Source of the DNA: Selaginella moellendorffii
Lineage: Eukaryota > Plantae > Lycopodiophyta
DNA: 64,000 nt
Direction of reading: 5' to 3'
NCBI RefSeq assembly: GCF_000143415.4
Contig: NW_003314268.1
Span: forward strand, 3,844,039 to 3,908,038
In this document: positions 25,401-38,051 of the stretch, piece after piece
How positions within the stretch are numbered: position 1 is the stretch's first letter
Layout: each line of letters opens with the position of its first letter
The notes under the pieces: generated by a model
What the model was told of the DNA's origin: nothing
What the model saw: only the letters and a program-made list of their open reading frames with translations
The model's database searches: none
Position numbers and translations under genes: made by a program

Positions 25401-26166
25401 ATATTCTGCTGAGGCACCGGATTCCAGAAGTGGGAATTCCGCTCTCCCAACAAGGCCGTTCTCTCCAAAGCCGCCACCCAAACTTCCATCATATAGATAT
25501 GGCAAATCGGGAAGGGACAGTTACTCTGAAGCGAGAATCCAGACAGAAGGAACTGCTCTGGAAGAGATAGATCACAACGGAGGATTGGAGAGGAAGAAAC
25601 AAACTCACTCTTTCAGATACAAAGAAGCAGTAGCCGCTGCTCCAGAGACAAGTGTGGCCGAGAAGGCGCCATTGATGAATGAAACAGCGCCAGCAAAACG
25701 GGACTACGCTGACGAGCAGAGTGCGAAGGATGATACTGCTCGAAAGTCATTGAACGAGGTTAGGCACGGCTTCTTTCAATTTCTCCTAACCCCTTTTGAC
25801 ACTTTCTATCAGGGATCGTTTGCATCTCCGGAGCTGGAAACGATGTTCACGCACGTAATGTTAATGAAGGACGAGAAGAAAATGAGCGTACACCATCTCT
25901 TCGGGGCTCCACAGGTGAGAAAAAGATTCTAAATATCTCCCGCCTCTCACAACCATTCGTCAGGGAAATACGATCATTCCAAGGCTATCCCCGGATGCTT
26001 CGGTTTTTACGAGCAGCTTCTCCGAGGTGAGCATTGCTTTTCTTTGTTTGTTTGTTTAAAACACACGGTGGTGCAGAAGCGGAAGCTGCACGAGCTGTTA
26101 ATACACGAAGGTCGCGCCAGCAAGTTGCAACCCGACGCACTAGCCTACGTCTGCATCCGAGAGTAA
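22418..26166 (+). CDS. Uncharacterised multi-exon IQ-motif protein with N-terminal YNP repeats
   Basis: Chain of + strand ORFs joined by short GT-AG introns. IQ-like AAACIQRHWREHR and AARTIQRSWRACFR, and KRPFLRRKS..KLDWSKVK. The last exon ends YVCIRE* at 26164-26166. Confidence 0.7.
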
Positions 26167-28265
26167 CGCGAAAGCAATTCCTCCAGTATAACACAATCCA
26201 TAAAATGACTCGCTTTTACTAGGTAGTCCCAAAAATTCAAAAGGATTTTCTTAAAAAAAAACTCTTAAAGCAAGTACCACTGCCAGACAACAAATCACTT
26301 CTACTTGCACCAATGAAAGTCAAATCGTATTGCCAACATTCCGAGAACTTGACATTCTCTTCGTCTTATCTTCTCTAACCTTGAAGACCATGGTTAATAA
26401 ATCATTGGGTATTAAATTTCTTCTATGAGTTGTAAAGAACTAACTCTTTGAAGGTTCTAAGTTAAAAAGGTCCCTCAAAATTAAGATTAGAATGATAAAA
26501 AATTTGTCAGATGAGAATGAGTTCAAGACTCAATCTTCTAAGATTTGAGATTGGGTTTGAAATTAAGTTTGAAATTAAATCTGAGACCAAATTTGAAATT
26601 AAGCTTGAGACCCAAATCAAAATTGAATTGGAAACTGAGTCAAAACTAAGTTAAATGATTGTGTCTAGGGTTCTAATAGCTCTAAGTGGGAATGAACATG
26701 GGTTTGAAGGGTGCATAAAAGCCCCTCAAGGATATGCTCAAGAGTAATTCTTATTCTTGAAAAGGAAATTGTTCTTGACTCAAGTAGAACTTGAGTACTA
26801 TGAAGCACTTGGGCCTTCCCTTTGGGACAAAGATGAAAAGTTAAGATACCCATACTGAGTCATTAGGTTATAGTGTTTCTTCTGGGGATCTTAAATTAAG
26901 AGATGCATCTAAAGCTTGGGATGTATAGATTTTTATAAATAAGTTTTATTATATCAAAGGAATTTTAAAACTTAAAAGCTTGATATGTTTGGCTTCATAA
27001 ATTCTTAAACTCTCTCCCAATCCCTTTCTTTATGTTAGACTAGATATAAAGTTTGGCTACACTCTCTACAAATAGTCAATATTGTATTACTTGTGTAGTG
27101 AGTAACTAAACCTAAATAAGACAAAATAAGAGTTAATACAATAAGTGAGAACCTTAGCAAGGGAAATTAATTAAAGATAAGACAAAGGTGGTTAGATAAA
27201 TGAAACTTATATAAAGATCCATAGAAAAGGTAATTATTGGTATAATTTGTTCTTAGGACAAAAACTTTTAGGAGGACGGGGGGAAGAGGATTTTTAGATG
27301 CTAGCTTTAACTGCATATTCAATATAGGTAAAAAATAAACCTAAGGGTATATTAAAGTATATAAAAACTTAGAATAAAGAACTTAACCTACCTAACAGCT
27401 CACAATGAAATGATGGCATAATAAATTTTTTGAGATAGTTTGGGAATGGTTGAATAGTGAGGAAACTCACAAGGAAGTATAACATAGTTTATGTAAGGTT
27501 AGGCCTCTTTATCTTTGCTATTTAGCACCAGATCATAACAAGTGCTAGCAAATTTTGATTTGACTCACTAGTATTTATTTCTATTTGAAACTAATGCTAA
27601 AGCAATTTCAGACATTTCTACTTTCATACTAGTAAATTACTTTCCATATGTAGTCCTGGAACACTTGCTAATAAAGTTTTAAATTTAAAAATATAATATT
27701 TAACACTCTATATACATTATATATCTTTATGTTTGTATGAGTAATTTATTAAATTCTTATTCTATACAATAAGAAATTTTATTGCATATAATAAAACTAA
27801 AAGATATATATACTAAAGTATGATGATTACTAAAACTATTATTTTTAGTCTAAGTTAGTACTAATAGTAAATTTATATATTAAAAATTGACCATCATTTA
27901 TATTTATGAAATTATTTTTATATGTAAATATTGATTGCATATCACTTAAAAGTAGCATATTTAGAGAAATGTTCTTTTTTATTTAGCTACCAAAATATAT
28001 AATCTTAAAATCTAAATAAGTCATTCAAAATATTTTAATTTTAATTTTTATAAAATATTGTGATACATAATACTTAAAAACTTTTGATTTTATTTTTTCT
28101 AAAATATTATTTAATAAATTAATTTCAAGTCATCTATATTTTTAAATATCTTCTATAGTCATATCTAGAGAAACACACTTCATTTGTAACTTTAAAATCA
28201 AAGAGCCTGGTGATAAAAAAACCCATATAAAAAATCATAATACTATATATCATAATACTTTGTAT

Positions 28266-28415
28266 TGTGAGTGCTTGGGATATAAGAATAGGTATCTTAA
28301 TTGGGGTTTAAACACTTGCTTATATACAAGAATGGATGGACCAGATTTAGTCCCAAATGAACAGTCCATATGCTATAGTACTATAATTAGTATATTACTT
28401 AGCTAGGGTAATACA
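28266..28415. mobile_element. 150-bp solo LTR-like (TRIM-like) repeat
   Basis: TG...CA ends, flanked by TGTAT and TTTAT (4/5 TSD match). A second copy lies at 37701-37848. Confidence 0.55.
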
Positions 28416-29260
28416 TTTATATACATTCATATATTTACAAATTTTACGCCATCTTCCCCTTTGGAAGATGAAAAGGTGATGATAATAAATCAGATGGAAC
28501 ATCTGAAGTTTTTGTTAGCAATTATAAACTATCATAAGAATTTGAAGCTCCCACAAAATCACTAACAAAGTTGTTGATAACCATGACTTAAATAAAATCT
28601 AAAGCCATGGTATAAACATTAGCTGACTACAAAATCTCGATAAACCAGTTGCAACTCCATATATAACTCCTAAATACTTAAACTAACCACACAATTATAA
28701 CTTTGAATTGGGAAGTTGGACTCACTCTATTCGTTCTCCACATTCTCTTTATCCCCTTCTCAAAGGAAAAAATGTTTTGAAGCACTAGCTCCATTTGGAC
28801 TTGCTGTGTTCGTCCTCACTTCACCATGTATGTTTGACATCACTCCACTATCGCATTTGTTTGGCTTTACTATATCAAGGCCAAATGTTCTATTTGGACT
28901 TACTATGCTTATTCTCACTCCACAATCCATATTGTTCATCCTCGCTCCGCTATCGTATGCGCTCATCCTCACTCCATCGTCGGGGCCGGAATCCCATCCG
29001 TCCCCTCTACCCCTCCTCCGAAGAAAAAAAATGTTTGAAGCATTAGGGAAAAAAAGAGAAAATGAGAAAAATTGAGGAAAAACAATTGTGGAAGAAGAAA
29101 AAGTGAATAAAGAAGCATCAAAAGAGGACTTTGCAACAACTAGTGATGTAGAAATGGGGAAATTAGAAAAACATGTACTTAAACTTTGGAAAATAAGGGA
29201 CTTCCTATCATAAAATACTTTAGCCATCACAATATAAGCAAAAGATTCATCTTGCTCAAC

Positions 29261-30180
29261 TGTCGCGAATGTGACTTCGGGTATCGAAAGATACTTGTCG
29301 ACCGGTCCTTACGGACACTCTTTCCTTACTGCCATGACAGCAGGAGGTCGGTACTGCTGGTTCCCTTTATTGGCCCCTCTTGTCTAAGTGTTAGTAAACT
29401 GGACTTAGCATCTGTACTTGGCCGGAAGAGCATAAGGACGGAATTCCTAAGTGTCTATTTGGCCAAGCATACTTGGCCCGGCTTTTTAGTTCTCTTTTGC
29501 TTTGTCTTGCACTGGCTTGGCAAGAACCCTCGCGTATTGAGACTAGTCCCTCAATATCGCTGGATGATAGCTTACCGTGTCTGCCAAACACCCTCGCTAT
29601 CATACCCTTAGTGTTGGTCTCATTTCGGTCCCATATGCTATTTATGGAAAGTGTCTAGATTCGCTCATTTGGCATATCTACAGAATGTAGAGAGTGGCCT
29701 GAACACAATGGTGTTCGTCCCATGTCCAAATTCGCAATCTAAGGCCATTCCATATTTAGTAAGTTTCGGACTTGTCCCAGAGACTAACTCCTGGTACTAA
29801 GGGAGGCTTGGGGTGAAAGCCCAAAGCGTGTGTCCCTCAAGGGGGGGGGGGCTGTGGGGGGTTCCAAATGTATAGTAGGGATAGTGGTTGGAATGCATGT
29901 CCGACCACCTGAGACATTAGTTTGGCTCCCGCTGGGCTATGTCGCTCCTTGTTCTGCGTCCGGCTTGGGTCTAAGCCCAAGCTCCACGCTGCTCTAGTCG
30001 GTGGAGTACCCTCCTCCTCGCGTTAGGCCACCGGTATGCCAAAATTGTGCCAGACTCCGTCTGACACCATTTTGCGTGCAGGTGCTAGATACGGGGAGCT
30101 GGTGCTCGTGGGATTGTACCGGACCCTCGTTTCGTATCGCAACGGGCTTGGAGTTTGGCTCCAAATTCAAGTGCGCTACA
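29261..30180 (+). repeat. 5' LTR (920 bp)
   Basis: Differs from the 3' LTR by about 15 substitutions (counted by eye) and a poly-G length difference. Confidence 0.95.
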
Positions 30181-30352
30181 TTTGGTATCAGAGGACTGTC
30201 TCAGCGATTTCTATCCAACTTTTGTCGGATTTTCTGACTCAAGTTGCATACGCAGAAACTTTGCTAGTAGATCCGAAGCGACCTGTGTAGGATTAGTTGG
30301 ATTGCACCATTCGGTAAGAACGTTGTATGCATGTTCAGTTACTGATAGAGGC

Positions 30353-33300
30353 ATGCATGCAGCTAGCAGGATGGTGAAGAGGAACCGTGCTGATGACGCT
30401 GAAACCTCTAGACAGGCGAATCAAGAGGAGGAAACTCCTGCTAGAGATGCTGCGGAAGGGGCTGAGGCCGAGTCGGAAGAGGAAGAGCCAGATGCTGCGG
30501 CATTGCAGCGTACGGCTCAGGAAGTTGAGATCGAGAATTTGCGAAGGGAGATTCGCAAATTGAAGAAGGAGAACAAGAAGAGGAAGAAAGAAGCTGAGGC
30601 AGCTAAACCAGCTAAGCCTAAGCAACCGGACTCCTCTTCGAGTTCTGAGGACGACGAAGTTCTGCAGCCGCCCCCGGTTGCACGAGTTTCAAAGTTCAAG
30701 CCTCCAAAACCACCCAACTTCAGAGGCATGCGGGACTATCAAGTTTTGGAAGACTGGGTCTACAATATGGAAAACTATTTCATAGCGGCAGACGTAGATG
30801 ATCGTATGAAAGTTGCGTGTGTGCAATCCTTTCTCACCGATCATGCCAAAACTTGGTGGCGCCAGGTGTGTGCTGAAAAAGGGCAGACTAGAAGTTGGAC
30901 CAAGATGTGGTCTCGTATCCGTAAGGAATACTTGCCGGATGATCTTGGTCTGAGACTTCGCACAGAGCTGCGGCGGTTAAAGCAGCGAGGGGACCTTATG
31001 CATTACATTAATGCGTTTGCTCAGAAGCGCATTATGATTGCAAATATGAGTGACGAAGATGCTCGGAGTTATTTCCTGGAGGGTTTAAGTTCACTTTCTC
31101 GTAATGAGATCTTGAAGTTTAAGCCGAAGACATACCTGGAGTGTAAGGAGGCAGCGCAGCAAGTTGCCTTTAGTCACTCGCTCATAGAACAATATCAGAA
31201 ATCTTATGCTGGTAACTCGGATAAGAATAGGAATTCTGGGAATAAGCAAGGTGATCGGAAACAAAGGGTGGAAAGTAGGTACCGCCCTGGGGGCTCACAA
31301 GCTACGGTGAATAAAGGTGGTGGTGGTTGGAGACCACCAGCAGCTTCTTTTGGTCCTAGGCCCTCTGTTCCTCCTCCTGGTGGGTACAAGCAGCAGCAAC
31401 CTGCAAAACCTGCTCCTAGTGGAACAGGTAGTGTGGGTCATTGCTTCCATTGTGGAGAGTCGGGACATAGGTCCTCAGAATGTCCCAACAAGCATAGGAC
31501 AAGGTCTCGGGTTAATGTCATGAGGGAAGACGGTGGTGGTGAAGCTGAAGGGGTTGACGAGTTGGTCAATGCAGACTATGAGGAAGAAGAGGTGAGTAAC
31601 TTTTGTTGCTTTCCTCAAGCTTTTCTTGCAGTCAATGCAAACACTGATCCGTTGATGTATCTGGTAGGCTTTGTCCGTGGACACCGAATCCGAGTGATGA
31701 TTGACACGGGAGCTACGCACAGTGTGATATCCGAAGACTTAGTTAAGTTGTTAGGATTGAATGCTGAGCAGATGTCGCCTATGCACTTCCGGTTTGCGGA
31801 AGGTGGGCAAGTAGCTAGAAAGTTTGTGAGTGATGTTCCAATAAAGATATCCAAGTGGAAAGAAAGAGTGGACTTGGTAGTGTTGAAGATACTAGATTTT
31901 CAGATGGTGTTTGGTATGGATTTCTTCAACAAGTATATAAAAGGGATTTATGGTGCTGGACAAAGTCGTATCATGTTGAAGTCAGAAGGACATCCTAATG
32001 TATCCTTTCAGTTGCAAAAGCGTTCCTCAAAGTATTGGGATGCAAAGTTCCTGACTGCGAGGGCCGCTCAAAAAGCAGCTAAAAGGGGATGTCAAACCTT
32101 TTGGGTTCAAGTGATGGAAGCTGAGTGTGTGGGTGACTCGGTTCGAATCGGTGACGGGGTTGATCCTGTACCACAGAAGTTAATGGAGTTGTTGGCGAGG
32201 AATCAGGATATCTTCCCGAAGGATTTGCCGCCAGGGCTACCAACTAGCCGTGAGGTTGATCATCAGATTGAGGTTATTCCGGGTTCTAAACCACCTACGA
32301 AAGCTCCATATCGGTTGAACATCAAGGAGATGGCTGAACTCAAGAAGCAACTCACGGAGCTTCTTGAAAAAGGTCATATCCGACCAAGCAAGTCACCTTA
32401 TGGAGCGCCAATCCTTTTTGTTATGAAAAAGGATGGAACCATGAGGATGTGTATTGACTATCGGGCACTCAACAAGATCACGGTTAAAAACAATTATCCT
32501 TTGCCTCGCATTGATGACTTGTTTGACCAACTCTTAAAGGCTAAGTATTTTACGTGACTTGATTTGCGGTTCGGGTATCATCAGATACGGGTGGCAGATC
32601 AGGATGTGGAGAAGACAGCCTTTAAGACTCGGTACGGATCTTATGAGTTCCTTGTCATGCCATTTGGATTATGCAATGCTCCGGCAACGTTCAGCACTAT
32701 GATGGATAGAATATTCGGAGATTACTTGGATGCATTTGTTGTCCTGTATATTGACGATGTTCTAGTCTTTAGTGAAATGTTGGAGGATCATTTGAAACAC
32801 TTGGAGCTGGTGTTTCAGAAGTTGCGCGAACACAAACTGTATGCTAAGAAAAGTAAATGCGCTTTTGGACAATTGCGCGTAAACTTTCTCGGACATATAG
32901 TTGGTGGTGGCGTGATTGAGGTCGATCCAAAGAAGGTGGAAGCGGTGAAGTCCTGGGAAGTCCCGACCACTGTATCAGATGTTCGTTCCTTTCTCGGTTT
33001 GGCGGGATACTATCGCAAGTTTGTCCGCAATTTTGCAAGTATTGCTCTTCCGTTGACTGAATTGACGAAGAGTAGTATTCCGTTTCATTGGACACCAGCT
33101 TGCCAGCGTGCTTTTGCACGGTTGAAGGAGATCTTGACTACGGTTCCTGTTCTCAAGATCCCAGATCTTGATAAACCCTTCGAAGTGCATTGTGATGCAT
33201 CTGGCTATGCTATTGGTGCCGTGTTGCAGCAAGATTGTGACAAAGCGGTTGGTGTTACGCTAAGGCGACATGGTTGTCCCGTTGCGTTCTATTCCAAGAA

Positions 33301-35086
33301 ATTGGATGAGACCCAACGAAGATGGCCAACGCATGAGAAAGAGATGTTTGCTATAGTGTCGGCCCTGGAACACTGGAGACACTACTTGGGTGGACATACC
33401 AAGGTTTATACGGATAGTAACACACTAAGCTACTTTGCTACGCAGCCTAAGCTTACGCCGAAGCAGGCTCGTTGGCAAGAGAAGCTTGCTAGATATGATA
33501 TTGAAATCATATATAAACCTGGTAAGGACAATATTGTTCCGGATGCGTTGAGTCGTCAAGCTCAGTTCCGGGCAATATCGGCAATCAGTTCAGACTGGCT
33601 GAAGGACGTTCGGGCTTCGTATGGAAGTGATCCATTGGCGAAGGCAATCTTATGCCGTACGGGGTTGTTGAAGCAGAGCCCTGGTAGCGAAGCAGCAAAA
33701 GTTGCTAGTCGCACTAATGCGAAGCTTCACTTCTCAGTTCGGGATGGGCTTATATTCTATAAGCAAGAAAGATTGTATCTTCCCTCTAAGGATCTTCAGC
33801 AGTTATTTCTGCGGGAACATCATGATGTTCCAGCAGCGGGACATGGTGGACAGCAAAAGACTCTGGCTTCGTTGAAAAAGGGATTTTTCTGGTCTGGTAT
33901 GGAAGGTGATGTAGCGGATTATATTCGTTCCTGCCCTATATGCCAGCAATGTAAGCGCAGAACTGAGAAGCAGGCTGGAAAGTTGCAGTGCATTCCAGCA
34001 CCGGCATGGCCATTTCAGAGTGTGACACTTGATTTCGTCACTTGCTTGCCGAAGTCTAAGGGTCATGATACTTTGATGGTGGTTGTGGATCGGTTGTCGA
34101 AGATTGCACACTTCATTCCAACTGTGGGAATAGTGAATGCGAAACAAGCAGCAAAGCTCTTTTTCCATGAAGTAGTGCGAGTTTGTGGTCTTCCTGAAGA
34201 GATGATCTCGGATAGAGATTCGAGGTTTACGGGGAAGTTTTGGGGAACATTGTTCCAATTGTTTGGTACCAAGTTGAAGTTTAGTACGGCTTATCATCCT
34301 CAAACTGATGGGCAGACCGAACGCGTGAATGCTCAAGTCGAGGATTATCTGCGGTACTATGTCGCGGCGGACCAACGCGACTGGGTTGAGCATTTGGATA
34401 CAGCAGAAATATGTTATAACAACACATTTCACAGCGCTATAGGCTGTTCTCCATGGGAGATGCTGCAAGGGAATGCTTGTGGGGTTCCTCAACAGATTGT
34501 TGTCCCGAAACCAATGACCGAAGTGTTGGTCCCAGCCGTTGAAACTTATGCGGAGCAGCTACGCCAAGGTTGGTCTAGAGCTACTGAGGCGATGGGCAAA
34601 GCTCAGGATAGGTATCGACGTGATAAGGATCAGCATCGTCGGGATGTATCCTATCAAGTGGGAGATCAGGTATGGCTATCTTCCCGAAACTTGAATATTA
34701 AGGGTTCTTTGTCTCGGAAGCTCTTGCCGAGATATGTTGGACCCTATCGGGTGTTAAAACGTCTTGGTGATGTATCCTATCAGTTGGACCTACCTACGGA
34801 GATGTGCAATGTTCATAATGTATTTCATGCCAATCTATTGGCTCCTTACGCTATGGATATTGCACGTCAACGGGAGATTTGTCCACCGCCAGACGTTATG
34901 GATGGTGAACCTGAATATGAAGTAGAGGCTATTTTGGATTCACGCTGGCTTAAACGTGCCAAACGTCGGGAGTATCTAGTTAAGTGGAAAGGTTACCCAA
35001 CTTGTGAATCAACTTGGGAGCCTCTTAGTAATCTTACCCATGCTCGTGAGCTTGTCACGGAGTATGAGAATAGTAATAAAGCCTAG
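30353..35086 (+). pseudogene. gag-pol polyprotein (Gag, zinc knuckle, PR, RT, RNase H, IN, chromodomain) with one in-frame stop
   Basis: [35 protein letters not shown] plus DDE integrase, GPY, and EYEVEAIL..YLVKWKGY..STWEP. Single reading frame broken only by TGA at 32555-32557. Confidence 0.95.
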
Positions 35087-35694
35087 CTTTTGTAAATCTT
35101 GTAATAAATCTTGCAAATTAATAAAGTAAAATATTTCTATCAATCAAAATGTCGTTTCTCTCGTTCATTAGTAATTGGGTCAGTTTTGGCAGGCTGACTT
35201 CGGCACTTCGGTGCATGGGTCCAATCCATAACCATGGGGATAACTATTATAAACTGATCACAAGTCCCCACCTCTCTCTCGATGACTCATTTTTGAAATG
35301 GGGCATGGTCGTGTAAACAACTTAATCTGCCAGTTTATAATAGTTGTCTAAATCTTCCCGACGGGGTTGATTTCTTGCTCAGGGGCAGTTGGGTCTCTGG
35401 CCTTCTCCCTATATCCCTGCGGGCAGGGATGTATCATTCCTTTGTAAGCCGAGTGGTACTCGGAGCAGCAAGGGTGGCTAACTCCGTTGGTCATTTCCTT
35501 GTCGGCGACGGCCGGAGGGTGTCTGAGTCTTAACGTCTTTAGACGTAGAGGAGAGGTTGTTCCATAACTCATTTAAGTCGGTGTGTTTCCCACATAGTGT
35601 GCTTTCCGTTAACTTTCAGAGTTGTTTCCTTGACGGTTTGCTAGACTCGGGTATGCATCGACGAGGACGTCGATCTTCCCCAAGGGGGGGAGAG

Positions 35695-36621
35695 TGTCGC
35701 GAATGTGACTTCGGGTATCGAAAGATACTTGTCGACCGGTCCTTACGGACACTCTTTCCTTACTGCCATGACGGCAGGAGGTCGGTACTGCTGGTTCCCT
35801 TTATTGGCCCCTCTTGTCCAAGTGTTAGTAAACTGGACTTAGCATCTGTACTTGGCCGGAAGAGCATAAGGACGGAATTCCTAAGTGTCTATTTGGCCAA
35901 GCATACTTGGCCTGGCTTTTTAGTTCTCTTTTGCTCTGTCTTGCACTAGCTTGGCAAGAACCCTCGCGTATTGAGACTAGTCCCTCAATATCGCTGGATG
36001 ATAGCTTACCGTGTCTGCCAAACACCCTCGCTATCATACCCTTAGTGTTGGTCTCATTTCGGTCCCATATGCTATTTATGGAAAGTGTCTAGATTCACTT
36101 ATTTGGCATATCTACAGAATGTAGAGAGTGGCCTGAACACAATGGTGTTCGTCCCGTGTCCAAATTCGCAATCTAAGGCCATTCCATATTTAGTAAGTTT
36201 CGGACTTGTCCCAGAGACTAACTCCTGGTACTAAGGGAGGCTTGGGGTGAAAGCCCAAAGCGTGTGTCCCTCAAGGGGGGGGGGGGGGGGGGCTGTGGGG
36301 GGTTCCAAATGTATAGTAGGGATAGTGGTTAGAATGCATGTCCGACCACCTGAGACATTAGTTTGGCTCCCGCTGGGCTGTGTCGCTCCTTGTTCTGCGT
36401 CCGGCTTGGGTCTAAGCCCAAGCTCCACGCTGCTCTAGTCGGTGGAGTACCCTCCTCCTCGTGTTAGGCCACTGGTATGCCAAAATTGTGCCAGACTCCG
36501 TCTGACACCATTTTGCGTGCAGGTGCTGGATACGGGGAGCTGGTGCTCGTGGGATTGTACCGGACCCTCGTTTCGTAGCGCAACGGGCTTGGAGTTTGGC
36601 TCCAAATTCAGGTGCGCTACA
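35695..36621 (+). repeat. 3' LTR (927 bp)
   Basis: Direct repeat of 29261-30180. Confidence 0.95.
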
Positions 36622-37700
36622 TCAACCTCCTCAACACACAACTCAACATTTGAGACGGAAAAATCAATAATAACATCCACATTCTCAAAGAAATATATAA
36701 GTTCCTCAATAGCAATAGTAAAGCAAAGGCTCTCAATGACACTCATAAGTGGGGACATGCATTCAACCCAAAACTCTAGCAAAAGTGACTCAACCCTTGG
36801 AAAAAGGAATACTCAACACTAAAAACTTTACTAATGAAACAAAAGCAAGATTCTCAACTTTATAGACACACTCAACATCTAGATTAGTATGAGGAGGATG
36901 GAAAACACTCAACTCAACATTGGACTGAGAATGAGAATCATGAGAGTCACAAATGATCAATGTGCCAAGAAAAGAAAACACTGCAGATGAGGAAAAAATA
37001 CTAGGAATATGAGAAGGTGGCTAAGGCCAAGAAATAAGAAAAGGTTAGGAAATAGCAAAAGGGAAATAGAAAGGATCAGATGGTAAATTGAAATATTGAC
37101 ACCTACCCTGCGAAATCTCCGCTTCATCTCCAAAGCTATCTCCATAATAATCAAGCTCATCATCACACTTTGGAATCCACTCGAGCTTGTACACATCATC
37201 TTCCCATAAACTTGATCCTCGAACATTCTCCAAGAATTGGATTGCATCATCCATAGCTCGCCAATCAATATCACGAGAATACTCCACATCAATAGGAGAT
37301 GGTAGAACACCGAGAACAGGACAAACCATGTAATCACATCCCATAAAAGTTGGAGATGGCAACACACCAAGGATGGGTGCAACACCAATATGATCGCACC
37401 CCACAACACCAAAAGTTTAATCCAACGAAGTAGTATTAGCAGCCTTAAGTGATATACTCCTTGATCGATAATGGCGTGGCATGGTAGAAGAAAAGAATGC
37501 AATGAAGATCAGAAGAAATAACAGATCTAAGCACAACAATAGCTAGAATTCTAAATCTTGCAAAAAGCTAATACAAATCTAGATCTAAAAGAGAATGAAG
37601 AAATAAAAATAAAAAAACATAATCCCGAACACTAGAGTAAAGCATTGCCAAAAAACTTTGCTCTTTAGAGACAAATTGCAATGCCCCTCATCTCCACTAA

Positions 37701-37848
37701 TGTGAGTGCTTGGGATATAGGAATAGATATCTTAATTGGGGTTTAAACCCCTGCTTATATATAAAAAATGGATGGACTAGATTCAATCCCAAATGAATAG
37801 TCCATATGCTATAGTACTATAATTAGTGCATTACCAAGTTAGGGTAAT
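37701..37848. mobile_element. Second copy of the 150-bp solo-LTR-like repeat, interrupted at its right end
   Basis: Matches 28266-28412 in direct orientation. Confidence 0.6.
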
Positions 37849-38051
37849 TGTAGTGCACATGAATTTAGAGCCGAACTCTAAGCCTGTTGTGCCACGAAAC
37901 AAGGGTTTTGTACAATCCCACAAGCATCAGCTCCCCGTATTCAACACCTACACGCAAAATGGTGTCAGACAGTGTCTCGCACAATTTTGGGATACCGGTG
38001 GTCTAACGTGGGGAGGAAGGTACCCCACCGACTAAAGTAGCATGGAGCTTG
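37849..38051 (-). mobile_element. Older inverted LTR fragment of the same family as 29261-36621
   Basis: Reverse complement of ~29978-30180 with many substitutions. It begins exactly at the LTR end (TGTAG). Confidence 0.85.

Larger units (their letters stand above)
29261..36621 (+). mobile_element. Near-intact Ty3/Gypsy chromovirus LTR retrotransposon
   Basis: LTRs 29261-30180 and 35695-36621 (TG..CA), TSD TCAAC on both sides, PBS TGGTATCAGAG at 30183-30193 (tRNA-iMet type), PPT at 35682-35694. Confidence 0.97.

Noticed and set aside
26500-26660. Short degenerate AAATTAAGYTTGA repeats as a functional array
   Set aside because: Irregular low-complexity AT-rich sequence with no supporting context.
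32555-32563. Programmed readthrough or frameshift between gag and pol
   Set aside because: The stop lies inside the conserved RT motif F(T/S)xLDLR and the frame is unchanged, so it is best read as a nonsense mutation.
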